Origin: Cladosporium halotolerans
Lineage: Eukaryota
Length of the DNA: 64,000 bases
Direction: 5' to 3'
Assembly (NCBI RefSeq): GCF_011745625.1
Contig: NW_027191462.1
Location: forward strand, 496,001-560,000
The position numbers and the translations under genes are program-made. Under the pieces are notes generated by a model. It had not been told where the DNA came from. It saw nothing but the letters and a program-made list of their open reading frames with translations, and did not search any database. Shown piece by piece: positions 1 through 12,965 of the stretch. Position 1 is the first letter of the stretch. Every line of letters starts with the position of its first letter.

Positions 1-407
1 CGTATGGCATCGTGGGGCGTTCATTTTGGTCTTGCAGGCAAGAATGGCGAACATCAAGATCTGAACAGTGGCTCCTGCGGCGTACCAGAACGGACCCGCA
101 ACTCCGTATCTAGGTAAAGATTAGACCAGTCTTCGTCCAAAGCCAGAAAGAATGTCACAGACCTGTATCCCACAGTGGCACTCTGCAGTAGGGTAGCCGC
201 CCATGTCCACGCTGAAACTATACCAGCGGCAATGAGACCAGGCTTGACGCTCCTCGACGCGGTATTGAACTCCTCGGATGTCTTGGTATCAAATCTGGAA
301 TACCGGTTCTGGATCCACGTGAGGCCCATCATGACCAAAGTGAAGAAGAAACCCACTCCAATGACGACACCATAGCCCGCGCCTTGCGGGAGCATCGTGC
401 TACTCAT
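1..407 (-). CDS. DUR3: Urea active transporter (SSS family, Dur3/UreA-like), 5' part; continues off the left edge
   Basis: ATG at 407. Exon1 407-163, intron 162-110 (GTCTGT...CTAAT...TAG), exon2 109-<1. Spliced protein has SEEFNTASRSVKPGLIAAGIVSAWTWAATLLQS...RYGVAGPFWYAAGATVQILMFAILACKTKMNAPRCHT, typical of the Dur3 N-terminus. Confidence 0.93.
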
Positions 408-440
408 TGTGGGCCAGATGGAAGGACGTGATGTTTCACT

Positions 441-771
441 TGATAGACTCGAAGAAGAGCGCACGAGAACATACTTGCCGTGTATATGTACTTCTCGACA
501 TACTTTGCTTTGCGTACAACAGGCTGACGATCGATATGACTCTCATGGTATCAACTCGATAGCGTTCGTAAAGATAGGAGATGCTATGACCTGTCGAAAC
601 ATGGGCATATCATCCAGCTAAAATCATGAAGACGAGCCGCGTCACCTACAAATCGGGAAGGCATATCGCTGGAATGTCGAAGACTTGATAGAGAAACCCC
701 TCACGAATGACACGGCCTGCCCACCTGCCGGTAGTGGCTAGGTGCATGACGTTGATAGGCCAACATGATAA
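441..771. promoter_or_regulatory. Cluster of HGATAR (AreA/Nit2-type) sites upstream of the urea transporter
   Basis: TGATAG 441, CGATAG 557, AGATAG 572, TGATAG 686, TGATAG 753, TGATAA 766: six sites in about 330 bp directly upstream of a nitrogen-scavenging transporter. Confidence 0.6.
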
Positions 772-1536
772 CGCCGCCGGCGCTCGTGGCCGGCGATCAG
801 CCCGCGGCGCGAAGGGCGTCGATTGTTTCCCTGGCCAGTGATCAGAGACGGCGGGATCTTGTGCGCGGGCCACCGTTTGGCGGAGATGGGGAAACGTGGG
901 AGAGTAGTGTGATGGTGTTCAGTAGCGCCGTTTCATGCTACCCGGCAGTGCGGCAGCCGTCTGAAGTCGTTGGTGTCCGCGCGGAGATGCAACGGCGGGG
1001 AAACAAGAGAGGTGGGACGCGCGACCCTCGTGCCATTAACCGCCTCAGGCATCCTAGCATCGTAGGGCTGAACCGCGTCCGCCGTCGAGCATCCATCCAT
1101 CCATGCGGCTGGTCTTGGGCGTGCGTGCTACGGATTATTGTCCCCAGCTTTATCAGCACCAGATCACCAACTTGCGTACGGCTGTGAAGCTCACTTTCAA
1201 ACACGACTGGACTTCCGCAACTTGACTGACTGCGCACTGCCCAACACCGCCCGGCCCGCAGCGACAGACGGGCTTGGGAGAGACGACTTGGACTTGCTTA
1301 ACCGCACGAACAATAGTTGCTCATTTCTCGGCAAATCCCCACTACAGGACCAGACCACCCGGAAACATCTGGCGACCTGGACTCTGCTGTTACTATCTTC
1401 TGGTCAGAACAAAGAGCTTGGGATTCACGCGAGTCTCGCGGCTGTCGACGGCGAGGGCGTACATTGTGAGATGACGTGAGGACTGGCACGACCGTCCCAC
1501 GTCGCAGTCTGGCGAGGAGAGGAGGACTACGAAGCT

Positions 1537-4500
1537 ATGCACGCTGGGTCGCGACAACGGTCTGCCAGCAATCGAAGCGCCGCAACCGGCGACCAGCGAC
1601 GAGACTATCTCCCGACACCTCCACCAGGCTCGTTCTTGGGCCAGAACCTCGGAGTGCCCGCGGGTGTCATATTGAACGACGTGCCCGGATACGGCGACTC
1701 GAACAGCTTGCTTTATCCGCCGACAGGATCGAATTCACCCTACCCTACCATTTCGGCTTCATCGCCGCATTCCGCGTCTCTCAGGCCGCGCGCGCAAACA
1801 TATGCCGATCTGGCCGTAACCCAGCAACAGGCGGCACACTATCAAGAGTCCGTGAATCGAGGAATCCCACCAGAAACTGGAGGAATGGCGGCGTCGAATC
1901 CATACCAGGCGAGTGGAACGCAACGGGCAGCACCCGGCTGGGTTCCGCCTCCGCCTCCTCCGCCAGCCGCGCAGACGCCAGGCCCAGGGGGTGTGCATAT
2001 TCCTCCACCGCCTCCTAGACCCCCTGCGAGTACATCGCAGCAACATGGAGCCTGGATGCCTCCCCCGCAACCACCTGCCCAATACTGGAACACAGCCAGA
2101 CAACCCACTTACCACCAGCCCCCCTCCAACTCTCAGCATCCTGGCCGCGAGCCCCGAGCGTACGACCCAATGGCATACTCAGAATACATGTCTTTTGCAC
2201 CATTACAAGAAAATCAGCCCTTGACATCCGCAACTTACATCCCAGGTGGAGAAAGCTTCGGCCCTGGCGTTGGAATTCCTCCTCTGCATAGTAACAACGA
2301 GACGCTGCAACCGCCGGGGTCTAGACCGCCGATACCACAGCAGCCCAGTTTCTATCGCGGCGGGTCTGGCGAGTTCACATCCGTGAACGACCCATCGAGT
2401 TACAGCATGCAGCAGAGACATGGATTTGGAGGACAGACGGGACAACAAGACTATGGCCAAACTTGGTCGGCGGCAAACCAACCTTTACCTTATCAGCAAA
2501 TACAGCCTACGCCTCCTCCTCAATCTCTGTCACAGCCGCCGCCCCAACCGAGCGCTTATCATCCTCCCACGCCAACCTCACGCCACAGACTGGTCTTGCC
2601 CGCGAAAGAGACGCAAGAGCATTACTCACCCGCACATGAGACAATGCGTATGCCGTTCAGTCAGAGTAATCAGACATCCCACAGCGATGTCTCCAGCAAC
2701 CGCGACCATTCGTCCTCCGGCGAGCATCCCGGCAGCCCTCTGGATTTCAATTGGCCGAAAGAGCGCGTGCAAACCTGGCTAGCAGCTCACTCCTTCTCGA
2801 AAGAGTGGCAGGCTGCTTTTGAGCACCTGGACGTTCATGGTGCTCATTTCCTAGATCTTGGCAGAGGCGGTGGGCGTAACCGTGACATTGGTTTCATGGC
2901 CCAAAAGCTTTTACCCCAGGTGACTCGTGAGTGTGAGCATGCTGGTCTCATTCCTGAGCAAACCAGAGAGCGTGAAGAAAGTAAGAGGCTCCGGAAGCTG
3001 GTCAAAGAAGTCATCCACAGCGGTGGAGCGGCCACGACCCCGGCCACGGCAGGAACAAACGGAAGTAACACAAGCCTTCCGCTTCACAACGTCCGTCGCG
3101 AGAGCAGACAATTTCAAAGTGCTGGTACAGATGGCAATGTGGAGAACAGCCCAAATACTTCGAGACAAGACGTCAACCTACTCGGAACCACGCCCTCAAC
3201 CGCTGGTGACGACTCACCCGGGCGTGCGATGCCTCCACCACTAGGGATACCGCGAAACAACGGCCAAAGGTCTGTCACATTGGACTCGTATACAACTGCC
3301 AATGCGAATACCCGAAGCAGTTACACTCAACAAGCGCTTAGCTCAGTGGGAGACATCATGCGGCGGCATTCCCCGGGCGCGTCAGGCGATCCATCCAGAG
3401 GACACCCAACCTCGCCAGCTCAAAGTCCGGGGCTTGCAAGTGCAAAGCCTGCAGCTGCCTCTAACAGCAGGCCCTACAGCCATTCGCGCGGAATTAGCTC
3501 AGAAACGAATACATCTGGTCACGGGCCGAGTATGTCGCCAGGCCCGAACAGACTGTCATCGACGCCAAGCAATCGCGATAGTGATGGCTTGTTCCAGAAA
3601 CCGATCCCACAAGACGCGCAACATCGTCGTCACGCGCAGGAAAGTTCCAGGCCACTGAATGTGGAGGGCGCTGGCCGTCATGCGCAAGAAACGCCGATGT
3701 CAGCTAAGGAGCATAAGGGACCGTGGTATAATAAGTTCCGGCGGGAGAAAAAAACCCACGACAACCATCCTAGTCCGGACGAGGAGCATTCCCCTGCTTC
3801 TCCCCACGCCTCGAAATATCTTCTGTACTCCCGACATGGCCCAGAGTCCTCTGACACGAGCCTTCCTGATCGGAGACCATCAAGTCGCAGAAATATCAGC
3901 ATGGACAGCAACGATATGGTTCTGGGGATGTCTCGTGGGAGACACTCCGCCATGAATGCTGACAAGAAGTTCATCTTCGTCACACCGGACGGCTGGAATT
4001 ATCGACTCATTGACATAACCGAAGTTGAGACGGCGGAGCACATGCGTACCGTCATTTGCTACAATCTCGGGGTGCAGGAGACCATGGACGTGACTATGCA
4101 CTTCACCAGTCCAGGGCAAATTGACCACGATGACCCGCTCAATGACGAGCTTCTGATGAGAGCCAAAACGCGCATTGCTGATCAGCCCGGAAGTCTGAAG
4201 CTTTTCATTCGCGTTCCTGGCCTTGCTCCTCCTCTTGGAGGCTCCAGACCGAGCGTACAAATGTCGAGCAGCCCGTTCGAAATGGCCCAATCGAAGAATC
4301 AGTCCTTGGATGATGCTGCACTTGCACAGCTGAACGGAGGAAGTTTCAATTCGCCTTCTACTTCAACTATCAGATCTGGCGAAAGCACTCTGGTACCAGA
4401 CAAGGTCCACGCATTGCGTAATCTGCCCAAGACTGGTGATCCATACCCTGAGCAACACGCCAATCGTAATGAGACAGATCAGTTGCAACAACAGGATGCA

Positions 4501-7416
4501 ACTCCCATGTCGGAGCATGAACGACTTGCTATCCTCGAAGCCAAAGCCGAAAAACACAGACGAGAGACGGAACGAAAGCAGAATGAGTACCTGACCAACA
4601 GACGCAACCAGATTGCTCAAGTCGGACGCTTCCACGACTTTGACCTACCACGGAACTCGCCGTATGATACTGCTGCACCACCTTTGACGAGGGAATACTT
4701 CGACCAAGAAAAGAAACCTGACCCGCTCGTGCCAATGCGAAAGGCACCGCCAGTGCCTGAACCTACCAGTACCCTTGCTAAAGCAAACTCTCTCACTAGG
4801 AAGCAGGTCCCCACTGGACGTTCTAGCTGGCCAAGAAAGGAAGAGCCGTGGAAGCGTATCTCAGGTGAAAGCATTCCCGAGGAAGAGCCTAAGCGTTCGT
4901 CCGGACGAGGCATTGCGGCTGCTATTGCAGGAGCCGGCAAGTTTGCTGGACTAGTCGGTGCACCGACTGGGGCTCCCTCGGGGCTCCAAAAGTCCTCGAC
5001 CTTGCCCGACCTGCGTGAGCAAGCCGCTCAGCAGGCTCAGCATGGCCAGAAAGCCATGGCAACCGTGGATTTCAACCGCGTGGCAAACGGACGGGTAAGT
5101 CCTAGCTCGCCGCGTAGCCCATTCACCATGTCTAAAGGTGGACAGAGCTTCAAGATTCCGGAGTATATTGAGGGCAACGAAGACGAGAAGAGCGAAGACA
5201 CGCTCCGTGCAAGGCCAAATCTCACGCTTCGGACTCCTTCGAACCCAGCCGTCCACAAGCTCAAAGGCGACACATCGTACCAGAGCCCTGACGTCAGCCC
5301 AAGCACCGCGCATCCTTCTACTAGTCTCAGCCGCAGCTCAACTCGCAGGAGTTACGGACCTAGCTTTCATCTGCCGGAGAAGCCGGTTGACTTCCATCCG
5401 TCCCCAGCCATCGGGTCTACCCAGGAAGACTCCGATGAGGATTCTGACGACGGCTTGTTCGCAATCCCATTGGCCAAGCAGAAGACGGCCTCGATCTCGC
5501 CCACTACCAGTAGGAAGGCTCAGCAAATTCTGGGTATTGATGACAGCTCTTCTAAAGCTGCGAGCATGAGCAATCCCCGGCCTGATCTCAAGCTGAAGAC
5601 TAGCAAAGCCAACGTCCGCTTCGATGCGCAATCTCAGGCGGATCGTCAACCGGCACAGGAAGGCACCGCTGGTGAGATTCTGGAGCCAGAAAGACCTGTG
5701 CCGGCATCAGCTGCCAGCACTCATTGGTCTGCCGACTCACCTGATGACTTTGCAAGATTTGGCAGAAGGGAGAGTTTCGCATCAGAGATTTGGGCCAACC
5801 GCCCCCCTGCCGAGGCACTTGTGGAACACCTTGACGAGTTCTTCCCGAATGTCGATCTCGATCAGCCGATGGAGGACGAAGCAGATGGTATCGGCGACAG
5901 TCCGCAAGCGGGTGAAAGAGCCGGCCTGGCACAGAAGAATTCCTCTGGTGACTTACACTCCGCGACGCGGAATGCACAGCTGCCTTACGGCATGGACAAT
6001 CCTGATGTGCTTGGAGCCAACATGAGCACGCACAAGAGAAACAATCAGTATCCATCAGTCGCGCAGCGAAGCATCCGGAAAAGCGGCGGTCTGGGCAGGA
6101 CGAAGAGTATCCGTGATGTGGTCAAGAACGCCTACCAGATGGAAGGTTCCTCTCACCATCCCTCAACCTCGTCCTACGCTTCTAGTCGTGGCAGCGTTGC
6201 CGGTCAAATGCACAACCCACTCACCAGCCGTGTCAACACCTTGCGTGCTGGTGGTGACATGCAGCGCCGCAAGAGTACCAAGATGTTTGGCGCCAGGATT
6301 GAACAAGTTAAGCCAAGCCGCGGGAGCCGACTCATCAACCTTGAAACGATCCCGCAAGATTCCCTCCCGACCAATTCCAAGCACCAACCTGAGCGCCAGC
6401 CAACCTTCAAGTGGATGCGTGGTCAACTCATCGGTAAAGGTACTTTTGGCCGTGTCTATCTCGGTATGAACACAACGACTGGTGAACTTTTGGCTGTCAA
6501 GCAAGTCGAGGTCAACCACAAGGCGCCCAACACCGATCCATCTAAGATCCGCGAGATGGTCAAGGCTCTCGATCTCGAAATCGACACCATGCAGCATCTT
6601 GACCACGTCAATATCGTGCAGTACCTCGGTTGCGAGAAGAAAGAATTCAGCATCTCCATCTTCCTCGAGTACATTTCTGGTGGCAGCGTCGGCTCCTGCC
6701 TCCGAAAACACGGAAAGTTCGAAGAAGCCGTCGTCTCTTCGCTGACGCGCCAGACACTCCTCGGTCTTGCATACCTCCACCGCGAGGGCATTCTGCACCG
6801 TGACCTGAAAGCCGACAACATCCTCCTCGATCTCGACGGCACCTGCAAGATCTCCGACTTCGGTATCTCCAAGCGCTCCGCCGACCCGTACATCAACGAC
6901 ATCACCAACAGCATGCAGGGCTCCGTCTTCTGGATGGCGCCAGAGGTCATTCGTGCCCAGAGTCAAGCTATGAGCTACCCGGCGACAGGAACAAACGTGG
7001 ACGCCAGTCAGGCGCTGAACCAGGGCTACAGCGCCAAGGTCGACATCTGGTCTCTCGGCTGCGTCGTGCTCGAGATGTTCGCCGGCCGCAGACCGTGGAG
7101 CAAGGAGGAAGCCATCGGCGCCATCTACAAGCTCGGCTCCCTCAACCAAGCCCCTCCAATCCCGGAAGACGTGAGCACCGTCGTCGGCCCCGCAGCGCTG
7201 AGTTTTATGTACGACTGCTTCACGATGTAAGTCCTCCCAATCCCAACCAAACCGTCTTCTAACCCCCCCAAAGAAGAGAAAGCTAACAATCCCTTCAGCG
7301 ACCCCGCCGACCGCCCCACGGCCGAAACCCTCCTGCGTGCCCCCTTCTGCTTCTCCGACCCGCACTACAACTTCCTCGACACCGAACTCTACGCCAAAAT
7401 CCGCGGCGCGTTCTAG
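1537..7416 (+). CDS. BCK1: Cell-wall-integrity MAP kinase kinase kinase Bck1/Mkh1 (about 1935 aa)
   Basis: Exon1 1537-7226, intron 7227-7298 (GTAAGT...GCTAAC...CAG), exon2 7299-7416 (IDPADRPTAETLL...TELYAKIRGAF*). C-terminal STE11-type kinase: WMRGQLIGKGTFGRVY, AVKQV, HRDLKADN, ISDFG, GSVFWMAPE, GYSAKVDIWSLG. Bck1-type WANRPPAEALVEHLDEFFP and RRKSTKMFG motifs. Confidence 0.95.
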
Positions 7417-8039
7417 GCGGGCGCTCCCGCGGGTTTGCGTACCGACCTCGTCGCGGGCTGGACCGGTCGGCCGATGTCGCCGCTGCGCTTTCTCGTGCGC
7501 GCGATGAGCGAGGCGGAATTGATGTTTAGGAGGCGCAGGTCGCCGCCTGTTGTTGATGATGCGGGGGTCAGGAGAGCGCGGTCTTTTTCTTGGTTTGAAG
7601 GTGTGGTGAGGAGTTGACAGAGGTGTATTTGCGTGAGATGGGGTGTGGTGATGGGGCTGCTGTTGTTGTTTGACGCCCCGGGGGATTTGTTGGCGTTGCT
7701 GCTGCTCTTTTTTTTTCTTCCTTTTTTCTCTTTTTTCTTTCGCTTCGATTTCTTTGACCGCGATGGTTATGCTCGATACCCGTCATAGCGTTCTGATTTT
7801 TGTACTGATTCATGTAATTCTTCCGTCTGGCAACGCTGTCATGATTGATTCGCTTCATAGTACTCGATATTTGTTACTCTTTCCGTACGAAGATTGTCTT
7901 CCTGCAGAGAAAACATCTGCCCAGTGTCTTGTGAATGTTTTGATTTCTTCTCGTTCGTACAACAGTAGATCAGATGAATAGAAACGCCACAAAATTGCGA
8001 AGAGCCACGCTTATGCAAGAACACCAATGCCTCCTCCGC

Positions 8040-10877
8040 TCACGTCCGCTTGAAGAAATGCGCCTCCGTGTTCAGCACCCAGTCGTCCAGACTCCACTTC
8101 TCCGGCTCGTCGAACAGCAGGTAAAAGTACTTCAGCGTCTCCGCCAGCCAGAACGACTCTTCCGAATCCTGTTGCACACTACGTCAGTAACGAGCTCCCA
8201 AAAGAGAGAATACGGCGGATAATGAAAAAAAACAACATACCTTCGCCTCCGGCGCCGCCTTCGTCACGTCGTCGATCGCGCTGTTCCCGAACACCGCCCC
8301 CGTGTGGTCCTGGATCGCCGTGAACATCTCCCACCCGCGGTCGCGCCAGTACTGCTCGCCCGTGATGCGGTACAGGTAGAAGACGGACTCGATCGCCTCC
8401 GGCCGCAGGATGTAGTTGTTGCTGTTGATCGCCGTGAAGCCCGGCGGGAGGCGCTCGTCGGCGATTTTCTGCGCGACGTACTCTTCGTGCGAGAGCGGTG
8501 GCGGCGGCGTGTAGACTGCGTGCAGGGCGGGGAGTTTGGGGAGGGGTGGGTCGAGTTGGGTTTTGGTTGGGGAGGGGGAGGGGGAGGGTTCGGGTTTGCT
8601 GTCGGTGTCGGTGTCGGTGTCGGGGGAGAGCTGGCGCTTGTGCTGGAGTTCGTAGTCGGTGTTTTCGAGCTTGGAGGGCGCTTTGTGGCCGTAGGTCACG
8701 GCCGTGGGCGTCTTGCTGCGGTGCGCGCGGTAGGGGTCGAGCTCTTCGAAGTACTTTGTCTCGTTCCACTCGCAGCTCGTCTTGCTCTCGCACTTGCTCA
8801 GCATGAAGTCTTCGGGCATGATGCCGGTCGCGGTCACGTTGTAAGCCCAGATGCAGCCGTCCGTTAGTTTCTTGCCGACCTCGAGATCTTCGGGACGGTC
8901 GAAGATGACGCCGCCGAGCGCGAACATGCCGCCGGCGAAACAGACTAGATGCGAGCTGACGGGCCTGAAGGTCTCGATCTGTTCGCCAGACGTCATGTTG
9001 GGGGCGAGCCTCAAGTCTCCCGATGCAAGAATGTCGCGGCCATCCTTCGTCATGGGCCTGTAGACGAGCTTCTCGATAGCGACGTCGGCGGACTTGAGGT
9101 ACATGTCCTTGTACTGGTCGATTCGCCCGCGCAGCAGGAGGTGCATCTTGGGAAGATATTCGTACGTGCTGTCACTCATACCAGCGAGAGTGAAGACTTC
9201 GCTTCCGTGCTTGTTAGGAGAGCCCAAGCCCTGGGGTACACAGACATCAGCGCCGGTCTGAGGCTTCTGGCCTACGACGTTGTTCGGGCGTTGGAAGAGC
9301 GGCTCGCCTCCAGTATCTGCCGTTCGACCGCTGCCGGCGGCAGCATTGTTGCTATCCAAGTGATCATCGCTTGCCTGCGCAGAGCCCGTGCCAGCGTCGA
9401 GCTGCCTCTTTTGGTTCTTCTTATCCGTCCAGCGATCCTCCTCACTCGGATTCTCGAAAGCTTTGGTTTCGTCAATGTTTTGACTCTTCTGCTGCTCCTC
9501 CGCCTCCTTGACAATCTCATTGACAGCTTTGCCCGGAGCGACAGCTGTCCCGGCGTTAGCATTGCTCTTGCCCTGCACAGGCTCATCCGCAATAATCAGG
9601 TCGCCACTCCCGTCCGGATGCTCTATGTGCGTCCCATACAAAGGGCGATTCATCTGCGCTGGCTTCGCGCACCCGCTTGCGTCGACATACGTCGGCCACA
9701 TGCCAGGCAGACGGGTGTTGTTCTGGAACTCGCCCAGCGCATCGGTCACGCGAGCAATCGCGTCGTAGTATTTGGGTTCCTTCGTCAACTGCGCCAGGCG
9801 CGTGAATTCCATGCTCAGACTTCCAATCTCCGCGAGGACCGCCCGCGTCGAGGCGCGGTGCGGCTGCGACGAAAACGTCGGCTTCCAGCGGTAGTACGTC
9901 TCCGGCATGCGGTTGGGCGTGTCGAACGCGCTGTAGAGCACCTCCGCGAGCTCGACTGCCTTGTCCAGCAAAACCCTGTACTTTGCGCCGGAGACCTCGT
10001 ACGCGGCGACGAGGCCGCCGAGGTAGCGGATCGTGGTCTCGAAGAGGGGAATGTCGTTGCGCGGCGTGGTCGTGAAGTCGATCGTCTCGACGAATTCCAC
10101 GGCCTCCTCGAACTCGGCCTTCATCCCCATGATCCACAGCGTGTCCATGCCGTCGACCAGCGTCGCGCCCCATCCGTTAAACGGGTCGGCGTGTTTGCCG
10201 GAGATCGGCTTCACTTCGTCGTGGCCCCATGCTTTCTCTTTGTACCCTTTCCACGCGTGCGCCGCGACCGATTGGATCACAGCCAGGCGGTTCGCGTCAG
10301 CTCCTTGAGATTTTTTGAATTTGTGCTGGACTTTGGGGATCGCGCTGGGCTTGCTCGTCGGGATTTGGATCGTCGAGGTGATGGGGAAGTGCTCGGGGAG
10401 CTTCGTCCAGTGAATGTCGCTGTGTTTGGGAGAACCGTCGACTTCGTAGCGGCCCTGTCCGATCTCTATTGGGATCTCGTCCTCGTTGGCGACGAGCTGC
10501 GGTTCCTGGTAGTCCAATGGCAGCGGTTGCGTGGGCGCGAGCGTGGATGTCGTCTCCGCGACCTCGCTGCTCTCCGTAGCTTGTCCAACAACCTCCACTA
10601 TCCTCGCACTGGTGGTCACCTCGGGCTCAGGCGCAGGCGCAGGCGCTGGGGCAGGCACATCTTCGTCCTCGGGCGGGCCAGCCGCCTGATCTATCTCTTG
10701 TTTGGCCTTCTCTCCCTCCTCCGGCCGCAAGACCGACCCTCCTCCTACCGCATTTTCATACTTTTGCTCGGCGTACGTCTTGTAATTTTCGTACGTCGAC
10801 GTGGAGCGCGTGAACAGGAACAAAGCGATGGAGACGAAGACGGCGATGGCCAGGAAGCGGACGCGGCGGACGGGCAT
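8040..10877 (-). CDS. Class I alpha-1,2-mannosidase, GH47, type II membrane protein (about 921 aa)
   Basis: Exon1 10877-8241, intron 8240-8169 (GTATGT...CTGAC...CAG), exon2 8168-8040. Motifs HAWKGY...[63 protein letters not shown]-terminal TM anchor. Confidence 0.95.
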
Positions 10878-12156
10878 GGCGGGCGCGCAAAGACTATTGG
10901 CGGAGGCAACAGTCGCACATTTCACTTCCTCAGTCTACGTTATCGTACAAGAAAGGAGTGTGGGGGGCGTCAGGCGAGGGATGTCCGCTGGAATGGAGGA
11001 TGCAGGTAGTAAGGAGGTCCCGCGATGGACGGACGGGTGTTGTCGTTGCTTGGCTCGATACTTGGCAGGGTTATGTGAGGGCTGCTGTTGTAGCTAGGGG
11101 TTTGCTCGATGTGTGCTGAAATGAATGTTGGTTATGTCGAATCGATACTCATGTTCATTCGAGTCCCTTTCGAGGCGTTCATTTTCGCTTAACAGGCGAG
11201 CTGTGGCATTGCATCTCGCACATGATCAGATTCCTGATCGGCTGGGTCGGGGCGTAAGGCGCACGCTAGAGCTGATCCAACGGGCATCGCTGCAGGGTTC
11301 AAACAATTGCGGGGTCGTCTGCTTCGTGACCGACCTCGGGAGCTCGCGTGGGAATCTTCCATGTCTCCAGAATAGAGTAATAACTAGTAAAAGGTGGTCA
11401 TGAAAACAAAGCCATACTTCTACTATATCATTCGAGTGACCATGCCATGTGCGCTTAGCTTTGATGTGTCAAAGCTTTTGGATGCTTAAGGTTACTTACA
11501 GCTACTCAGCAGTCTTGCTTTTCGGCACCACATGCCGAACCATCTTCAGGAGCTTGGGCGAAGCCTATCCAGATTACCTCCAAGCACCTTCTGTTTGATA
11601 TCTACATTTCCAAGTCCTGAGAGTTTCCAGTGGCATCACGTGACGATTACTCTTTGTCTACCGCCATAAGAAAAAGTTCTGTGCAATCATCCAACTCCTT
11701 TGCGCATGAATGCGTCCAGACTCCTGTTCTCATCTTCCCGTTCTGTTGTCCGCTCATTGCGAAGCCTTTCACCAATGGCACTAGGATTGATTGATTGATG
11801 ACTGCTCATTGCTGCGCAGCCTCTATGCCAAACGTTCTACTCTTGAAATTGCAGTTCACGTACAGAAGCGAGAGGCTGCGGACCTCTATGTCTGGCCAGT
11901 GGCAATTATGGTGCCCTGCGAGGAGAGTCCCATTGCGGAGGGGACTGGTGTAAGTTGCGAATATGCTGATCTTGATATCCACCGACCCGAAAGCTCGTGA
12001 TAGCCACTGGTGGGTGGCCTCAAAAATGAGTTTACTGTACATAAGTATAATACAATGCTCGCTAGCACATGCCGCCACAAGCCCACCTCGTCCATGCAAT
12101 GTACATTTGCTGGCCTTCACCACAGCATCTTCGACCCGAGCTCTTTCATGTAAATC

Positions 12157-12600
12157 TCACTTTCCCGACAGCGCAGCAGCGCCAGCGCCACCCGCACTTG
12201 AACTGTCCATGGATGTCGCGCCCTCAGCATTCAGCTTCTTCAGCGTTTGGTCGCGCTGGTATTCCATCACTCTCCGCTTCTTGAAATACGTGACCTGTCC
12301 ATTGTATCAGCCCTCAGCTCTTTCTCACACCTCACATCACACCTCATGATTTGTACATACCCAGCTACTCGCGCATGCGCTCTCGAATTCTCTCAGTTCC
12401 GGCGCGCACAGCTTCTTGGCCTTCTCGTCTTCTCGCACGCTGTCGATGATGTTGTTGCGGTCCAGGCATTTGAAGAAGCTGTCTCGTCCGTCCCAGCATT
12501 GCGCGCGGGCGCTGCGGTCGGGTGCGATGAAGCCGCCGTCTTGTGAAGGAGCAGGCGGGGGAGGCGAGGGTTGTGAGTTGGAAGTGCCGAACCAGCCCAT
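12157..12600 (-). CDS. COA6: Cytochrome c oxidase assembly factor 6 (COX6B/COA6 family, 125 aa)
   Basis: Exon1 12600-12361, intron 12360-12295 (GTATGT...CTGAT...CAG), exon2 12294-12157. APDRSARAQCWDGRDSFFKCLD...C...FESACASSWVTYFKKRRVME gives the CX9C/CX10C pattern. Confidence 0.9.
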
Positions 12601-12965
12601 GGTGGAAAGTAAGGTGTGTCTGTGGTGTCTATAGCGATATGGATCGGAAACGGTTGTAAGGTCGGTGGAGATTGCGCGAGAAATGTTCTGGCCGCTCTGC
12701 AACGATAGCCAGACGGATGGTCGGTGGTATTGGATGATCTCATGCGAGTCTCGCTGGAGTGCTGCTTGCTCGGCCGCACCCCACGGGCGGCTACGCGGCA
12801 TTCCCCTTCCGCAAGCATCAGCGGCCCGGAGCCGGCGCCTGTCCCTGCGCCAGCGAGCCAGCGCCAGCCGTCATCATCGTCGACAGCCTGCCGAGCTGTT
12901 AGCTGTCACCAAACCAACAACCACGCTCCTTTTTCTTTTCCCTTTCCACATACACGACAAAAATC

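Noticed and set aside
408..1500. TPP riboswitch upstream of the SSS-family transporter
   Set aside because: No CTGAGA...CTTGAT aptamer core was visible on the coding strand, and the protein looks like the urea-type Dur3.
8949..11009. Long antisense ORFs over GH47 (also 6163-7365, 26589-28223, 30825-32108, 61065-62690)
   Set aside because: All lie opposite well-supported GC-rich genes and give implausible low-complexity translations.
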